A stretch of DNA of 64,000 nt from a virus. Lineage: Duplodnaviria > Caudoviricetes. Both the position numbers and the translations under genes were made by a program. The DNA lies in the IMG/VR virus record IMGVR_UViG_3300025118_004856, positions 1,163 through 65,162 of that record; one strand, 5' to 3'. How positions within the stretch are numbered: the first letter of the stretch is position 1; each line of letters opens with the position of its first letter. Positions 37,165 to 47,122 of the stretch are shown piece after piece. Under the pieces are notes generated by a model, which had not been told where the DNA came from, searched no databases, and saw only the letters and a list, made by a program, of their open reading frames with translations.

Positions 37165-37686
37165 TTATTTTAAAACTCGGAGAGCTTCACGTCTTAATCT
37201 GTTAAATTCACAGGTAGAAACTTTGGCATGTTTCAAAATAGACTTCATTGCAAATCGTCTGTTTGAATACCCCAGCTTAATCATTTCAGCAGGAGCTTTT
37301 AATATTAAATCCATTACCTCAAGACTTTCTTTTGATAATCTCTTTGTTAAAAATACTATATTAGCAACAACATCAAGATCACCCTGACCGCTTTCATCTG
37401 GTAATGTATCTACATCAATTGAACTAAAATTATAGATACTATTTTTCTTATGAGTTCTATTTAATTCGGATTTGAATCTGTTGTTAAGACTTGTTATGAG
37501 GTAGGTTTTAAATTTTACTTTTTTATCTGGATTGAATTGCTTTCTGGTTTTTAATAAAGTTTCTTTGCCGATGTCTATTAAAAAATCTAAATCAACATGG
37601 TCAGGAAACTTTGGAATCCACATATAAACTGTTTTGTAAACTATATTCAACGCATAATTTTTTCTTTTGTTTTTTTCAAAAGACAT
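37165..37686 (-). CDS. phage sigma-70-like factor
   Basis: FNPDKKVKFKTYL region 2 signature; C-terminal HTH-like segment. Confidence 0.75.
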   Translation of the reverse strand: MSFEKNKRKNYALNIVYKTVYMWIPKFPDHVDLDFLIDIGKETLLKTRKQFNPDKKVKFKTYLITSLNNRFKSELNRTHKKNSIYNFSSIDVDTLPDESGQGDLDVVANIVFLTKRLSKESLEVMDLILKAPAEMIKLGYSNRRFAMKSILKHAKVSTCEFNRLRREALRVLK

Positions 37687-37755
37687 AAAGTTTATCTCCT
37701 TATTAATAGGTTAAAATTTATTATATAATAAAAATCTGGTGTTTTAAAATATAAT

Positions 37756-39399
37756 TTATTTTTCATATTTGTCGACAATTTTCTTTAACAAATCTTTGTA
37801 GATACTTCCTAAATCTTTTGTCTTTACATCAATCAAATTAGAAGTCTGCATAACATCATCAAATACTTTCTTTTTACTTTCCAGCAATTCATAGATGTCC
37901 TCCTCAATAGTTCCCTTGGCTATAAAGTAATAAGCAGTGACATTATCCTTTTGACCTATCCTATGACAACGATCTTCACATTGAGCATGATCCTGATAAT
38001 TCCAACCGAGTTCAAAGAACGCAACTGTGTTAGCTTCAGTCAAAGTTATCCCGACCCCTGCCGCCTTCATAGAACAAATGATAATCCTGTGACTTCTTTT
38101 ATTCTGAAACATATCAATTGAGTCTTGTCTTTTTTGTATGGCATCACCTCCTACTATAGAAACAGGATCAAATTTTTTTAAGTCTACTAATAATTTATTA
38201 ATGTAATCTCTGTGATGAGCAAACAGGACTATCTTCTGCCCCGTCATATCTATAAAATCTTTTATCCACTCAACAAACTCTTTGTACTTTGTTTCAAGCG
38301 CAGCCTGTTTCAACTTCTCTATTTTCACAAGATGATCTCCGCCTGATGAATCCCCAGTTATTTTATTTTGTCTTATCCAATCAGCCAAGCACCGTTCCTC
38401 TATCTTGTATGATTTTAAATCTACATTTTGAGGTAACAGTACTCTTGTCTTAGCAGGTAAATCTTTTAACACATCTTTCTTCTCACGTCTAATCATTACG
38501 GACTTTTTAAGTTTGTCCGCCAACTTATCTGTGTTGCTTGCACCACTGAAGTCCCATCCCCAATATCCTTTTTTAGCATCGCAATATTTAAAAGCGTATT
38601 GCCAAAAGTTTGAGAACTCTGAAGGACTAACAAGCTGTAATGTGTTAAACATCTCTACTGGTCTATTTAAAAAAGGCGTGCCAGATAAACAAATAACATG
38701 AGGAATTTTCTTAGCTAACTTTACCACCGCTTTAGTTCTTTTAGCTTTGCTGTTTTTAATCAATGTTGATTCGTCTATTATAATACATTGAAATTTTATT
38801 TTCTTTAAATCTTCAAGGTATCTATCGACAATATCATAATTGATAATTATAATTTCTGAATCATCCCAAGCTTCTCCAGCGTTCACTACACAAACAGATT
38901 TATTTTTTGACATCCATTTGTTTATTTCCCTTTCCCAATTTAATTTTAATGTCGCAGTGCATATAACAAGTACGGGTCTAACTTTACTTCTTAATTGTAG
39001 CCAAGCCAATGCCTGCGCTGTTTTACCAAGCCCCATCTCATCAGCTAATAAGCAACTCTTTGTGGTATCAATAAACTCTACCCCTATCATTTGATAAGGG
39101 TAGAGTTTCATTTTTAATCCCGTAATTTTTAGATTGGATTTTTTCTGTTCGGTTATTTTCTTAAAATCTTTTGTTGAATAACTGCTAACAACTTTTTTAG
39201 CCTCTTCATCCCAAGTGAATTTTTTAAATACCGAATTCGTTTTAAGCATTTCAATGTTGTCATCACAAATTGGTATCAGCCATAGTTTAGATTGTTTATC
39301 CCATCTTCTGATAGGAAACTTTCGCATTTCATCTACAAGACGAGGATTATACGCAAATTCTATTGCTAAGGCTTTTGGCGAAAATTTATATATTTTCAT
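37756..39399 (-). CDS. SNF2/SMARCAL1-like helicase
   Basis: ADEMGLGKT, IIDES, LSGTP, GVGITLT, QCEDRCHRIGQ. Confidence 0.93.
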   Translation of the reverse strand: MKIYKFSPKALAIEFAYNPRLVDEMRKFPIRRWDKQSKLWLIPICDDNIEMLKTNSVFKKFTWDEEAKKVVSSYSTKDFKKITEQKKSNLKITGLKMKLYPYQMIGVEFIDTTKSCLLADEMGLGKTAQALAWLQLRSKVRPVLVICTATLKLNWEREINKWMSKNKSVCVVNAGEAWDDSEIIIINYDIVDRYLEDLKKIKFQCIIIDESTLIKNSKAKRTKAVVKLAKKIPHVICLSGTPFLNRPVEMFNTLQLVSPSEFSNFWQYAFKYCDAKKGYWGWDFSGASNTDKLADKLKKSVMIRREKKDVLKDLPAKTRVLLPQNVDLKSYKIEERCLADWIRQNKITGDSSGGDHLVKIEKLKQAALETKYKEFVEWIKDFIDMTGQKIVLFAHHRDYINKLLVDLKKFDPVSIVGGDAIQKRQDSIDMFQNKRSHRIIICSMKAAGVGITLTEANTVAFFELGWNYQDHAQCEDRCHRIGQKDNVTAYYFIAKGTIEEDIYELLESKKKVFDDVMQTSNLIDVKTKDLGSIYKDLLKKIVDKYEK

Positions 39400-39602
39400 T
39401 ATTTTTCTCCCTTTGAAAGAACGTAGTCTCTATATGACATTTCAAAATTACTAAACTTTTCTCTATCAGCATTGCAAAGTTGATCTCTTAAATCACCATC
39501 TTCAACGTCTGAACGATGACAACCGCAATCTTTACACCGACCATATTCATCAAACTTGTGCCTTTGCAAATCGGCATTAAACAATTGTACTAAATCTATC
39601 AT
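39399..39602 (-). CDS. hypothetical zinc-binding protein
   Basis: H...CKDCGC...C; GGAGG RBS. Confidence 0.55.
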   Translation of the reverse strand: MIDLVQLFNADLQRHKFDEYGRCKDCGCHRSDVEDGDLRDQLCNADREKFSNFEMSYRDYVLSKGEK

Positions 39603-39903
39603 TTAGAAATCCTCCATTCTAAATTTACTTTTACGTTTACAACTATAGCAGTACATATGTTTTGGATGTCCGCTTCGTTTTTGTTTTGAGAGTTTTCGTG
39701 GGATGTCCCTTATTGAACTACACCTTTCACATTTGTAATGTTCTATCGCCAATCGCCTCATGACAACTTGACTAATTTAGAAAGCTCTTTTTTAGATTCC
39801 CCACGTCTACTTTTAGCTCTCTTTATTTTAGAAGCAACATCTAATATATTATACTCATTTTGCCTTTCCATAGCTTCCTGCCGTTTTAATTGTTTAGTTT
39901 TCT

Positions 39904-40113
39904 TCACGCAATCACCTCCTGTTCTTTAATAGATTTATAAAACACACTTCCCTTTGCCATTTCACTGTTCATCCATTTGTAAGAACCTACACTACAACTA
40001 CCATGTCTGGCAATTATTAAATTACCCCGATTTCCTACAACAGAAGTTTGAGATTTTATATTTACTATTCCATCACAAACCCAACATCTGATTGTTGGTT
40101 GTCTTCTTTCCAT
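39904..40113 (-). CDS. hypothetical protein
   Basis: GGAG RBS; CWVC...HGSC. Confidence 0.55.
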   Translation of the reverse strand: MERRQPTIRCWVCDGIVNIKSQTSVVGNRGNLIIARHGSCSVGSYKWMNSEMAKGSVFYKSIKEQEVIA

Positions 40114-40174
40114 TTATATCACTCCCTTCAAAAGCATGGTTAAAAGATAAAACTTCCCTTTGGTGTCTCCCTTA

Positions 40175-40206
40175 AAAATAGAGGAGCTGATTTTACTCAG
40201 CCCCTC
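40175..40206 (-). terminator. intrinsic terminator after vWA peptidase gene
   Basis: GAGGGGCTGA-loop-TCAGCTCCTC then TATTTT. Confidence 0.7.
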
Positions 40207-40214
40207 CTGTTTAA

Positions 40215-41384
40215 TTAAAATTTATTTTTAATAGATACTACATCACCAAAAGGAACTTTGTTTGCGTACTTAGAACCTGTACTAATCCAAAGAACTGGGT
40301 AATCAGGTGTATCACCGAAATCACTACATTCCAGATCAGTAAGATACACTAAGCACTTTGGTGTTAAACCAAGCTCATCTACTTTTTTAAACACAGGTGA
40401 AAATCTTGTACCGCCACCTCTTTCAATCTTCACATCCAATTCATCATACTCATTAAATGTTTCTACAGATTGAACTGAAGTGTTACAGCTTATAGCTGTG
40501 ATGTTGGCTTTGAATTCTCTCCCGATAACTTTTATTTCAGTCAGGAATTGATTCAGCTCCTCTTGAGTTACCGAAGTCGAAATGTCAATCCCAATTACCA
40601 AGTCTAACATATCAGACTTTAAAGATGGGAGATAAATTCCGTGCGCAACGTATCTTCTGTTAGGAGCTGTCCAAGAATAATCTGACTTTGCAGACTGTTC
40701 AACAAATCTTCTTAGCAACTGCTTCCAGTCAACTTTAGGATTCAATAATTCATGAACGAGTTTTTCAAGTTCACCTGAAAGGTTGCCTTGATTTTTTGCC
40801 GTGTTAGCCGCCTGCTGTGTAGCAGTTTTCCAATCATCTGCAGTTGCTGTAGAGTCTTCAGAATCTCTAACTTCACCGCACTCACCAGGATCATTACCTT
40901 CACCATTTACATCTCCAGGTTGACCCGCAGGTCCTTTTCCGTTTCCACCTTCATCTTCTTCTTTAGGCAACATAGTATAAATTATATCTGAAGAAAGGTC
41001 TGCATACTGATCGTCAACCAATCCACCTTTAGGAAGATAAAATACCTGACGATTTTCTTTATCTTTGATACTAAGGAGAACTAAATTGATTTGATAATCA
41101 CAAGCTTTATTCCATTGCCTTGCGTTTCTACCATTACGTCTTCCGATGTGATCGTACACGCAGTGTAAAACTTCATGTGCAGTGACCCCAGTTGTTTCAT
41201 CCAATGTTAAACTATCAATCCATTTAGGATTATAGCCCATTGACTTACCATCTGTCCAAGCAGTAGGACAAGAAGAATCTTCAATTATATTTAACTTCAT
41301 AATTAAAGAACCAAAAAATGGTTGCGTCAAAATCAAATTGATTCTGGCTTTCATAATTTTATCTTTCGCAGTCATGTTTACCAC
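40215..41384 (-). CDS. HExxH metallopeptidase-like plus vWA protein (DUF2201-like)
   Basis: TAWTDG, HEVLH, WNKACD, DISTS, GGGT, YLTD. Confidence 0.88.
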   Translation of the reverse strand: MVNMTAKDKIMKARINLILTQPFFGSLIMKLNIIEDSSCPTAWTDGKSMGYNPKWIDSLTLDETTGVTAHEVLHCVYDHIGRRNGRNARQWNKACDYQINLVLLSIKDKENRQVFYLPKGGLVDDQYADLSSDIIYTMLPKEEDEGGNGKGPAGQPGDVNGEGNDPGECGEVRDSEDSTATADDWKTATQQAANTAKNQGNLSGELEKLVHELLNPKVDWKQLLRRFVEQSAKSDYSWTAPNRRYVAHGIYLPSLKSDMLDLVIGIDISTSVTQEELNQFLTEIKVIGREFKANITAISCNTSVQSVETFNEYDELDVKIERGGGTRFSPVFKKVDELGLTPKCLVYLTDLECSDFGDTPDYPVLWISTGSKYANKVPFGDVVSIKNKF

Positions 41385-41407
41385 TCCTTTAAAAAGATTA
41401 ATTTATT

Positions 41408-41432
41408 TAGAGGGTCTTATTAAGACCCTCTA
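41408..41432. terminator. perfect hairpin between early genes (terminator, processing site or operator)
   Basis: TAGAGGGTCTTA-T-TAAGACCCTCTA. Confidence 0.5.
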
Positions 41433-41447
41433 TTATTATACTATTTA

Positions 41448-42290
41448 TTACATGAAACCTTTCATCTTGTCCACGATGTCTTTCGCTTCCTGTGCCGCCT
41501 GTGACCTTACCTTTTTGTCTGTCCTCAAATCCTCTGGGTCATAAGCAGACAACTTGTTAGCAACTTCTTTCCTCATGTTTTCTAAATTAGGATCGTTGCT
41601 TACATTAAGTTTCGGCAGAAGCTTTACTAAGTCGTCAATATTACCCACCAAAGAATTTTTAAATCTGGAAGATGGGTCAGTTAATTTTTCTGCCATGTGG
41701 GTAACTGTACCGTAAAGACGATTCCACAAATCTTTCATTGCTTCCTCCTGAGCATCTTTAATTTTTGATTCCAGATTTTTTTTCATATCATTAATAATAT
41801 CTTCATCAAGATCAACCCTGAAATCTTTTGAATCAGGGATCGGAAACATATCAACATCAATACTAAACTTGTCTGCGATTGAAGAAGATGAAGGATAATC
41901 TGAAGGATCAAACATAGAACCGAGTTTCACTTGCGCAGTACTAACAAGATGTTCATACTGTCTTTGAAAGCTTTCCACTTGTTCTTGAAACTTAGTTTTC
42001 AATTGTCTCATACCTTCAATGTATTTACTGTGGTTAGCTATGGGGAGAATTCCTATCCCATCTTGCATCCACGGTAAAGTATTTGTGTTATGAAAATTAC
42101 GAATTTCATTTGCGCTTTTGGTTATCTTTTTAATCTCCTGAATATCCACCAGCACTTTATTCACCCTTGCATAATCATGTGAAGCATTATGTTTGGTTGT
42201 TAATTCATCTGAAATATTTCTGTCATACTTTCTTGCTGTCCACTGGCTGACTTTTAATTTAACTAAAATTGAATTTTCTTTTAAGCTCAT
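41448..42290 (-). CDS. conserved helical protein of MoxR/vWA triads (DUF3150-like)
   Basis: WTARKYD, TLPW, FDPSDYP, LPKLNV; between AAA and vWA genes. Confidence 0.7.
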   Translation of the reverse strand: MSLKENSILVKLKVSQWTARKYDRNISDELTTKHNASHDYARVNKVLVDIQEIKKITKSANEIRNFHNTNTLPWMQDGIGILPIANHSKYIEGMRQLKTKFQEQVESFQRQYEHLVSTAQVKLGSMFDPSDYPSSSSIADKFSIDVDMFPIPDSKDFRVDLDEDIINDMKKNLESKIKDAQEEAMKDLWNRLYGTVTHMAEKLTDPSSRFKNSLVGNIDDLVKLLPKLNVSNDPNLENMRKEVANKLSAYDPEDLRTDKKVRSQAAQEAKDIVDKMKGFM

Positions 42291-42356
42291 TTGTTTCTCC
42301 TTAATAAAAAGTTTAATGAATTCTTCTCTTCCCTGAGAAGATTTAAAAAGTAAAGT

Positions 42357-43352
42357 TTAGATCATCACCTTATCATTTTTTCCTAACCAAGAAATGAACG
42401 CAGTTGTTTTCGCACATTCAGGTTTTGATATTGCGATGTCTCTGGTTAAAAAGATTTCAAATTCTTTTGAAAGCCTGCCAACATACTTAATAATGTTTCC
42501 GACATTTGCCTTGGTGGCTTCCTCAACCAACTTACCGCACAATGCGTATTGAACACCTATGTTCTCAGGTACGGTAGCTTCCATAGGATTAGTTAATATT
42601 TGTTTTATGTCAGGAAGCTCATTATGAAATTTGACATAAGCACTGAACTCGGCTGCGAATCCTTCACCTGCAGCACCTGCGATGACTTCATAAAAGACCG
42701 CTTCAGGAATACCAGCTTTCATCATCTTGTCGATGTTGTGAGCGGTTCTTGGTGCGGGAGAATTTACAAGATCACCCGTGGGTTTGAAATCATGAAGCAG
42801 ATTAGGGCGGAAGTTAAAAAATGATCTTAGCATTGGGGAGATATTATTTTCAATTGCCCACTCCATCCAATCATCCTGTTTCGTTTCTAACTCAACGATA
42901 GTTACGAACCTTGACTTAACGGGTTCCAGCATTCCTGAAACACCAGCTCGGTCAACCTGTCTGTTAGTTGCAGCAATGAAAGTAACTTTGTCACTTACTT
43001 CATGGCCATTAATTCGTCTCTCTAAAAGTAATTGCATACAAGCCGCCTGAACTGATGGACTTGCCTGACCCAAATCGTCCAAGAAATAAATGATGTCTTC
43101 TTTGGTGTGGATTAATTCGTGAAGATCACCAAACGGTAAGAACTTTGCAATCTCACCTTGAATTGAGGGCATGCCTTTATAGTCGATAGGTTCATCAACT
43201 ACAGGATGTTTAATTCTAACTTTCTGTTTGAGTTTTTTTCCAACCAGTTTAATAACAGATGTTTTACCGCCACCAGGTTTTCCTTTAACAAGTACAGGTA
43301 ACTTTGCTGTTATCATATTTGTTAAAAACTCTTCCAATTGTTTTGCGTACAT
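42357..43352 (-). CDS. MoxR-like AAA+ ATPase
   Basis: GKPGGGKT, FLDDL, AATNR, SRF. Confidence 0.88.
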   Translation of the reverse strand: MYAKQLEEFLTNMITAKLPVLVKGKPGGGKTSVIKLVGKKLKQKVRIKHPVVDEPIDYKGMPSIQGEIAKFLPFGDLHELIHTKEDIIYFLDDLGQASPSVQAACMQLLLERRINGHEVSDKVTFIAATNRQVDRAGVSGMLEPVKSRFVTIVELETKQDDWMEWAIENNISPMLRSFFNFRPNLLHDFKPTGDLVNSPAPRTAHNIDKMMKAGIPEAVFYEVIAGAAGEGFAAEFSAYVKFHNELPDIKQILTNPMEATVPENIGVQYALCGKLVEEATKANVGNIIKYVGRLSKEFEIFLTRDIAISKPECAKTTAFISWLGKNDKVMI

Positions 43353-43569
43353 AGGTTTCTCCTTAATATAATAGTTAATAAAAAATGAATTTAATTTTAA
43401 AAGATTAATAAATTATTTTTTAATACCGTATCTTGTCCAAATATTCGGAACTGCAACTTGAAGCTTTAACATGTTCTGCCATTGTCTCAAGGACAAGGTC
43501 TTCAGTGCGTTCTCCTTCCAACACTTTTCATTCTTCATTAATAACCACCTCCTTTAAATAATTTTTGAC

Positions 43570-43728
43570 TATACTTTTGAATAACAATTTTTACAAAAAG
43601 AAAAATCAATTTCATCTTGTTGTTCTGTGCCTTGATTAACTGTTAAATATTTGTAGTAAACTTTACCAGTTATTTCCTTGCGACATTTATTACAATATTC
43701 TTTCCAGTTTTTTAAAGCATTTTCCATT
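43570..43728 (-). CDS. small zinc-finger protein (52 aa)
   Basis: GGAGGTG RBS; CNKC...CKNC. Confidence 0.6.
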
Positions 43729-43954
43729 TAATCACCTCCCTTAGTTAATTTGGATAACACATTCAAACCCTCTCTTTCTTTCGTAGGCGAAAGGGTTTTG
43801 ATGTGTTGACCCCGTTGTTTATAAATTTCGGTAGTGCTTAATTTTCATCATCAATTATTTTTACTACAAAAAGATTAGCAAGTTCTTTTACTGAACCATC
43901 TTTTGCATTGTTACCAAATTAAATCCTCCTATATATAATAGTTAATAATAAATT

Positions 43955-44390
43955 TTCGATTGCCCACCGATTTGCACCAGTGGGCTCGGGAAATTTACTA
44001 TTTAATTGTTTGCACTTCCGCTTTATAGCTTGTCGATTTTTTTGTCAGCCGTAAAAGCGAAAACCTTTTAAAACTCTACGACACTACCGCTTCAAGCTCG
44101 TGCTGTCCTAAAAGACCTGAGTTCTTCGCTCATTGGTCAGGATGCGCTATTGACTTGAATACCCGAGTGTTCCGATATCTTTAAATTGGTTATCCGCAGT
44201 TTGCTGGGGATCGCAGACTGAATTAGCTCCGTCTGCTTATTGTGCCCAATTCCTCAGTGAATGTTTTGAAAATTTAAATCCAGTTTACATAGTTACGATA
44301 GTTGTCTGCACTTGAGATGTCGTATTCTGTTGAACCGCTTTGAGCCTCCTTGTAGGCATGGCAACTGTGTTTGAAAAAATAATTGCCGTG
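43955..44390 (-). ncRNA. putative large structured non-coding RNA / leader
   Basis: GC-enriched, no ORF in track, many nested helices and a long-range 7-bp pairing. Confidence 0.55.
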
Positions 44391-44434
44391 ATTAAAATTG
44401 AAATAATTAAATTGTAAATATCATTTATCATCCT

Positions 44435-44475
44435 GATAATAATATATATTATTTTTTATTATATTGCCAGGAAAA
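44435..44475 (-). promoter_or_regulatory. candidate sigma70-like early promoter
   Basis: CTGGCA-N18-TATATT in AT-rich DNA upstream of the structured leader; weak match. Confidence 0.35.
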
Positions 44476-44676
44476 AATGAGCCCTTTTTCACTTTTCTTG
44501 CGTTTTATTCATAACTCCTATAGAAACAAGCACTTACAAGGTGAAAAAAACGCAGAAAAACAGCTATTTTTTGTGAAAAAACTTAGTTTTATATGGACAG
44601 TCTATTATTTTTTATTTAAAAATAAAATTTAAAATTTAAAAATAATATAGTATAATAAAAATGAAAGGAGAATTTT

Positions 44677-44835
44677 ATGAGGAGAGTTGAAAAAGATGAG
44701 ACGTATAAAACATATTCATTTTATTTAAAGGGTCTGCTGGTTAAAAAATTAGAGGATGAAGCTATCAAAGAAAAAAGATCAACTTCAAAACAACTGGAAT
44801 TAATTTTAGAAAAATTTCTAAATGGTAAGAGTTAA
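44677..44835 (+). CDS. ribbon-helix-helix (Arc/CopG-like) regulator, 52 aa
   Basis: AAAGGAG RBS, upstream TATAAT; YSFYL strand then LVKKLEDEAIKEKRSTSKQLELILEKFL; below ORF-track cutoff. Confidence 0.75.
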   Translation: MRRVEKDETYKTYSFYLKGLLVKKLEDEAIKEKRSTSKQLELILEKFLNGKS

Positions 44836-45371
44836 AACATATCTGATAAAAAATTCTTTGTTAAACCTGTAACAAAACCAATAGCACATCCTGGAACAAC
44901 ACCGACCCCAGCAAACAAGCTACCTGTAAGACAACCAGCCCCAGTATGTTCAGCTACTGTTCCGACTTTTGCTATTTTATTTTTTGTACCTTTACTTTCT
45001 AATTGTACAATTTCTTCACGGTAACGATCTGCTAATTTATCTAAAAACTTTATTGCATCATCTTGTTGAGCAACTATCTTTTTATAATTAGGAATTATCG
45101 TTCCTTCATTTATCTTAACATCTTCTTCGTGTAACCTGATCTGTTCCAAAAGATTTTCATTTGCTTCATTTAAAGTGGTCAATGTATTTTTTAAATCTTC
45201 AATCTGCTTTTGTTGCATCTCTACTGTTTCAACAGCATAGATATAATCTTTTTCTGTAACTACTTTTTCCTCACCAAAAGCAAATTTAAAGAATCCCAAA
45301 ATGAGAACTATAAACACAGCATATATAAACATTCTCACTACAGAAATCTTCTTGTCAACTTCATAGCTCAT
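44832..45371 (-). CDS. membrane-anchored coiled-coil lysis-module protein (spanin-like)
   Basis: N-terminal TM, coiled coil, C-terminal glycine zipper; in lysis cassette. Confidence 0.55.
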   Translation of the reverse strand: MSYEVDKKISVVRMFIYAVFIVLILGFFKFAFGEEKVVTEKDYIYAVETVEMQQKQIEDLKNTLTTLNEANENLLEQIRLHEEDVKINEGTIIPNYKKIVAQQDDAIKFLDKLADRYREEIVQLESKGTKNKIAKVGTVAEHTGAGCLTGSLFAGVGVVPGCAIGFVTGLTKNFLSDMF

Positions 45372-45736
45372 TTTTTCTCTTTCTTCTTTTTCAATCTATC
45401 CATATAAGCAAGAGCAGAATTCAAAGAGGTTATTTCAGAATTGACAACAGCTACCTTTTTATAATCCTCAGCAATCTTTTTCTTTAATTTTGTGTGGTCT
45501 GCTTTCAGGATTTTTAATGTAGCTTTATTTTTAGTCTTTTGTTTGTTGGCAATCTTTATCTGACCATCCAGACTTGTTACAGCCTCTGTCATAGTTTTTA
45601 ATCTTGCTTTGTGTTTTGTCTTTTCTGCTTTTGCTTTTGACCGTGCTGCTTTTTTTCTCAGTACTGAATTTTGAGAAAAAATTATACCAATAATAATAAG
45701 GAGTATGCTCCATCCTACAACTTTTAATTTATTCAT
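45368..45736 (-). CDS. inner-membrane spanin-like protein
   Basis: N-terminal TM plus basic coiled coil, downstream of holin. Confidence 0.55.
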   Translation of the reverse strand: MNKLKVVGWSILLIIIGIIFSQNSVLRKKAARSKAKAEKTKHKARLKTMTEAVTSLDGQIKIANKQKTKNKATLKILKADHTKLKKKIAEDYKKVAVVNSEITSLNSALAYMDRLKKKKEKK

Positions 45737-45800
45737 TTTTTCTTCCTCTTACGCATCATTCTACGTTTTTTACTGCCGACTTTTCGTCTTTCTTTTTTAT

Positions 45801-46088
45801 TCATGCTACATCTTTATCTTTGTTAAAAGCAGAATCACTACCGTAACCAGCAAGAATCCCGACCAACATAGCTTTGTACCAAATAAGGTTTGGATCATAT
45901 ATCATAAAAACTGATACAACCATGCCTATTAAAGCTGTTATGGTGTATCTCATGTTATCTGTAAAATAATCAACTATAGCTGATGCTGATTCTCCTTTAA
46001 CTTTCTTCTTTAGGATATGAACTATCATCCCCATCAATCCCCCTACCATAGCCCACGCCATTGGGTACTGTGTAAATAAATTATCCAT
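45801..46088 (-). CDS. putative holin
   Basis: 95 aa, three hydrophobic segments, charged tail, near endolysin. Confidence 0.65.
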   Translation of the reverse strand: MDNLFTQYPMAWAMVGGLMGMIVHILKKKVKGESASAIVDYFTDNMRYTITALIGMVVSVFMIYDPNLIWYKAMLVGILAGYGSDSAFNKDKDVA

Positions 46089-46148
46089 TTTAATTCCTCC
46101 ATTAAAATTCAGGTGGCCATTCTATATAAAGATTTAATTTTCTTCTTT

Positions 46149-46616
46149 TCATTTATAAGTAACCTTTACATCTTTCCATTGTTCTTGAAGTTTCTGCTCT
46201 AAACATTCACCCCATTTAAAAACAACAGTATATTTATAAAATAATATCATTAAGCCTTTATCAGTTATCTTCCAAATAACTTCCTGATTTTCTCTCGTAT
46301 ACAATAGCCCAGCATCTTTAAATGTATGATATTCTAAAAAAGCATGAACTTGTTTAACATAACAAGCTCTTAAAATAGGGTGTAAATCAGTTCTTCCTGC
46401 TAAATATTTTTCTATATCTTTTAATTCTTTATTTAAAAATTTTTGATATTTTTCTTTACTGAATTTTTTATTTTTAAATTCTGAATTTGGGTCTTTCGAT
46501 ATTTCATTGATAGCTTTTAAATCCAAATCTTCAGATACACTTATCTGTTTTGTTTCTGTAGTACGACAGCCAATAAGCATAATTGATATTAGTATTGTAA
46601 TTAATATTTTCATCAT
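46149..46616 (-). CDS. putative lipoprotein
   Basis: Signal peptide with lipobox LIGC. Confidence 0.65.
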   Translation of the reverse strand: MMKILITILISIMLIGCRTTETKQISVSEDLDLKAINEISKDPNSEFKNKKFSKEKYQKFLNKELKDIEKYLAGRTDLHPILRACYVKQVHAFLEYHTFKDAGLLYTRENQEVIWKITDKGLMILFYKYTVVFKWGECLEQKLQEQWKDVKVTYK

Positions 46617-46639
46617 TTATATTGTACTCATTTTTAACG

Positions 46640-47119
46640 TTAAATGATTTTAGGTATTCTATCCCAATCAAATCTTTTCCCAGGATCTTTTTTTCTACCT
46701 TTTGGTAATGCTATATCTTCATGCCCTACTATATTTTTTATAGGGTAATCTCTTTTTAAATCGTTTGTTAATTTATTTAAAGAATCATATTGTATAGATT
46801 TAAAATCTACAAAACTACCACCAACAATTTCTACACCTATTGAGTAATCATTACAATTGCGTCTTTGTCCGTATTCAGACCTCCCAGCATGCCATGCTTT
46901 CAAAGCAGGTTCTACCATTTCAATAATTCTTCCTGACCTTTCTATTAAATAATGAGCACTTAACTTATATTGCCCAAATATACCAAGTATCAAACCAAGA
47001 TCATCCCATTTATCTTTATCTAAATTAATTGCCGATATATAATGTATAACCATCACATCAACAGAAATATCAACAGGTCGTATACTATAGTGTTTTAAAG
47101 GTATGATTAAATTATTCAT
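46640..47119 (-). CDS. N-acetylmuramoyl-L-alanine amidase (Amidase_2, AmpD-like) endolysin
   Basis: VIHY, SAHY, AWHAG, SIGVE, GHEDI, RKKDPG. Confidence 0.92.
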   Translation of the reverse strand: MNNLIIPLKHYSIRPVDISVDVMVIHYISAINLDKDKWDDLGLILGIFGQYKLSAHYLIERSGRIIEMVEPALKAWHAGRSEYGQRRNCNDYSIGVEIVGGSFVDFKSIQYDSLNKLTNDLKRDYPIKNIVGHEDIALPKGRKKDPGKRFDWDRIPKII

Positions 47120-47122
47120 TTT

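Noticed and set aside
43955-44390. tmRNA, RNase P RNA or group I/II intron
   Set aside because: No tRNA-like acceptor ends with CCA, no recognisable P4 or catalytic core by eye, and no interrupted host gene; kept as an unknown structured RNA.
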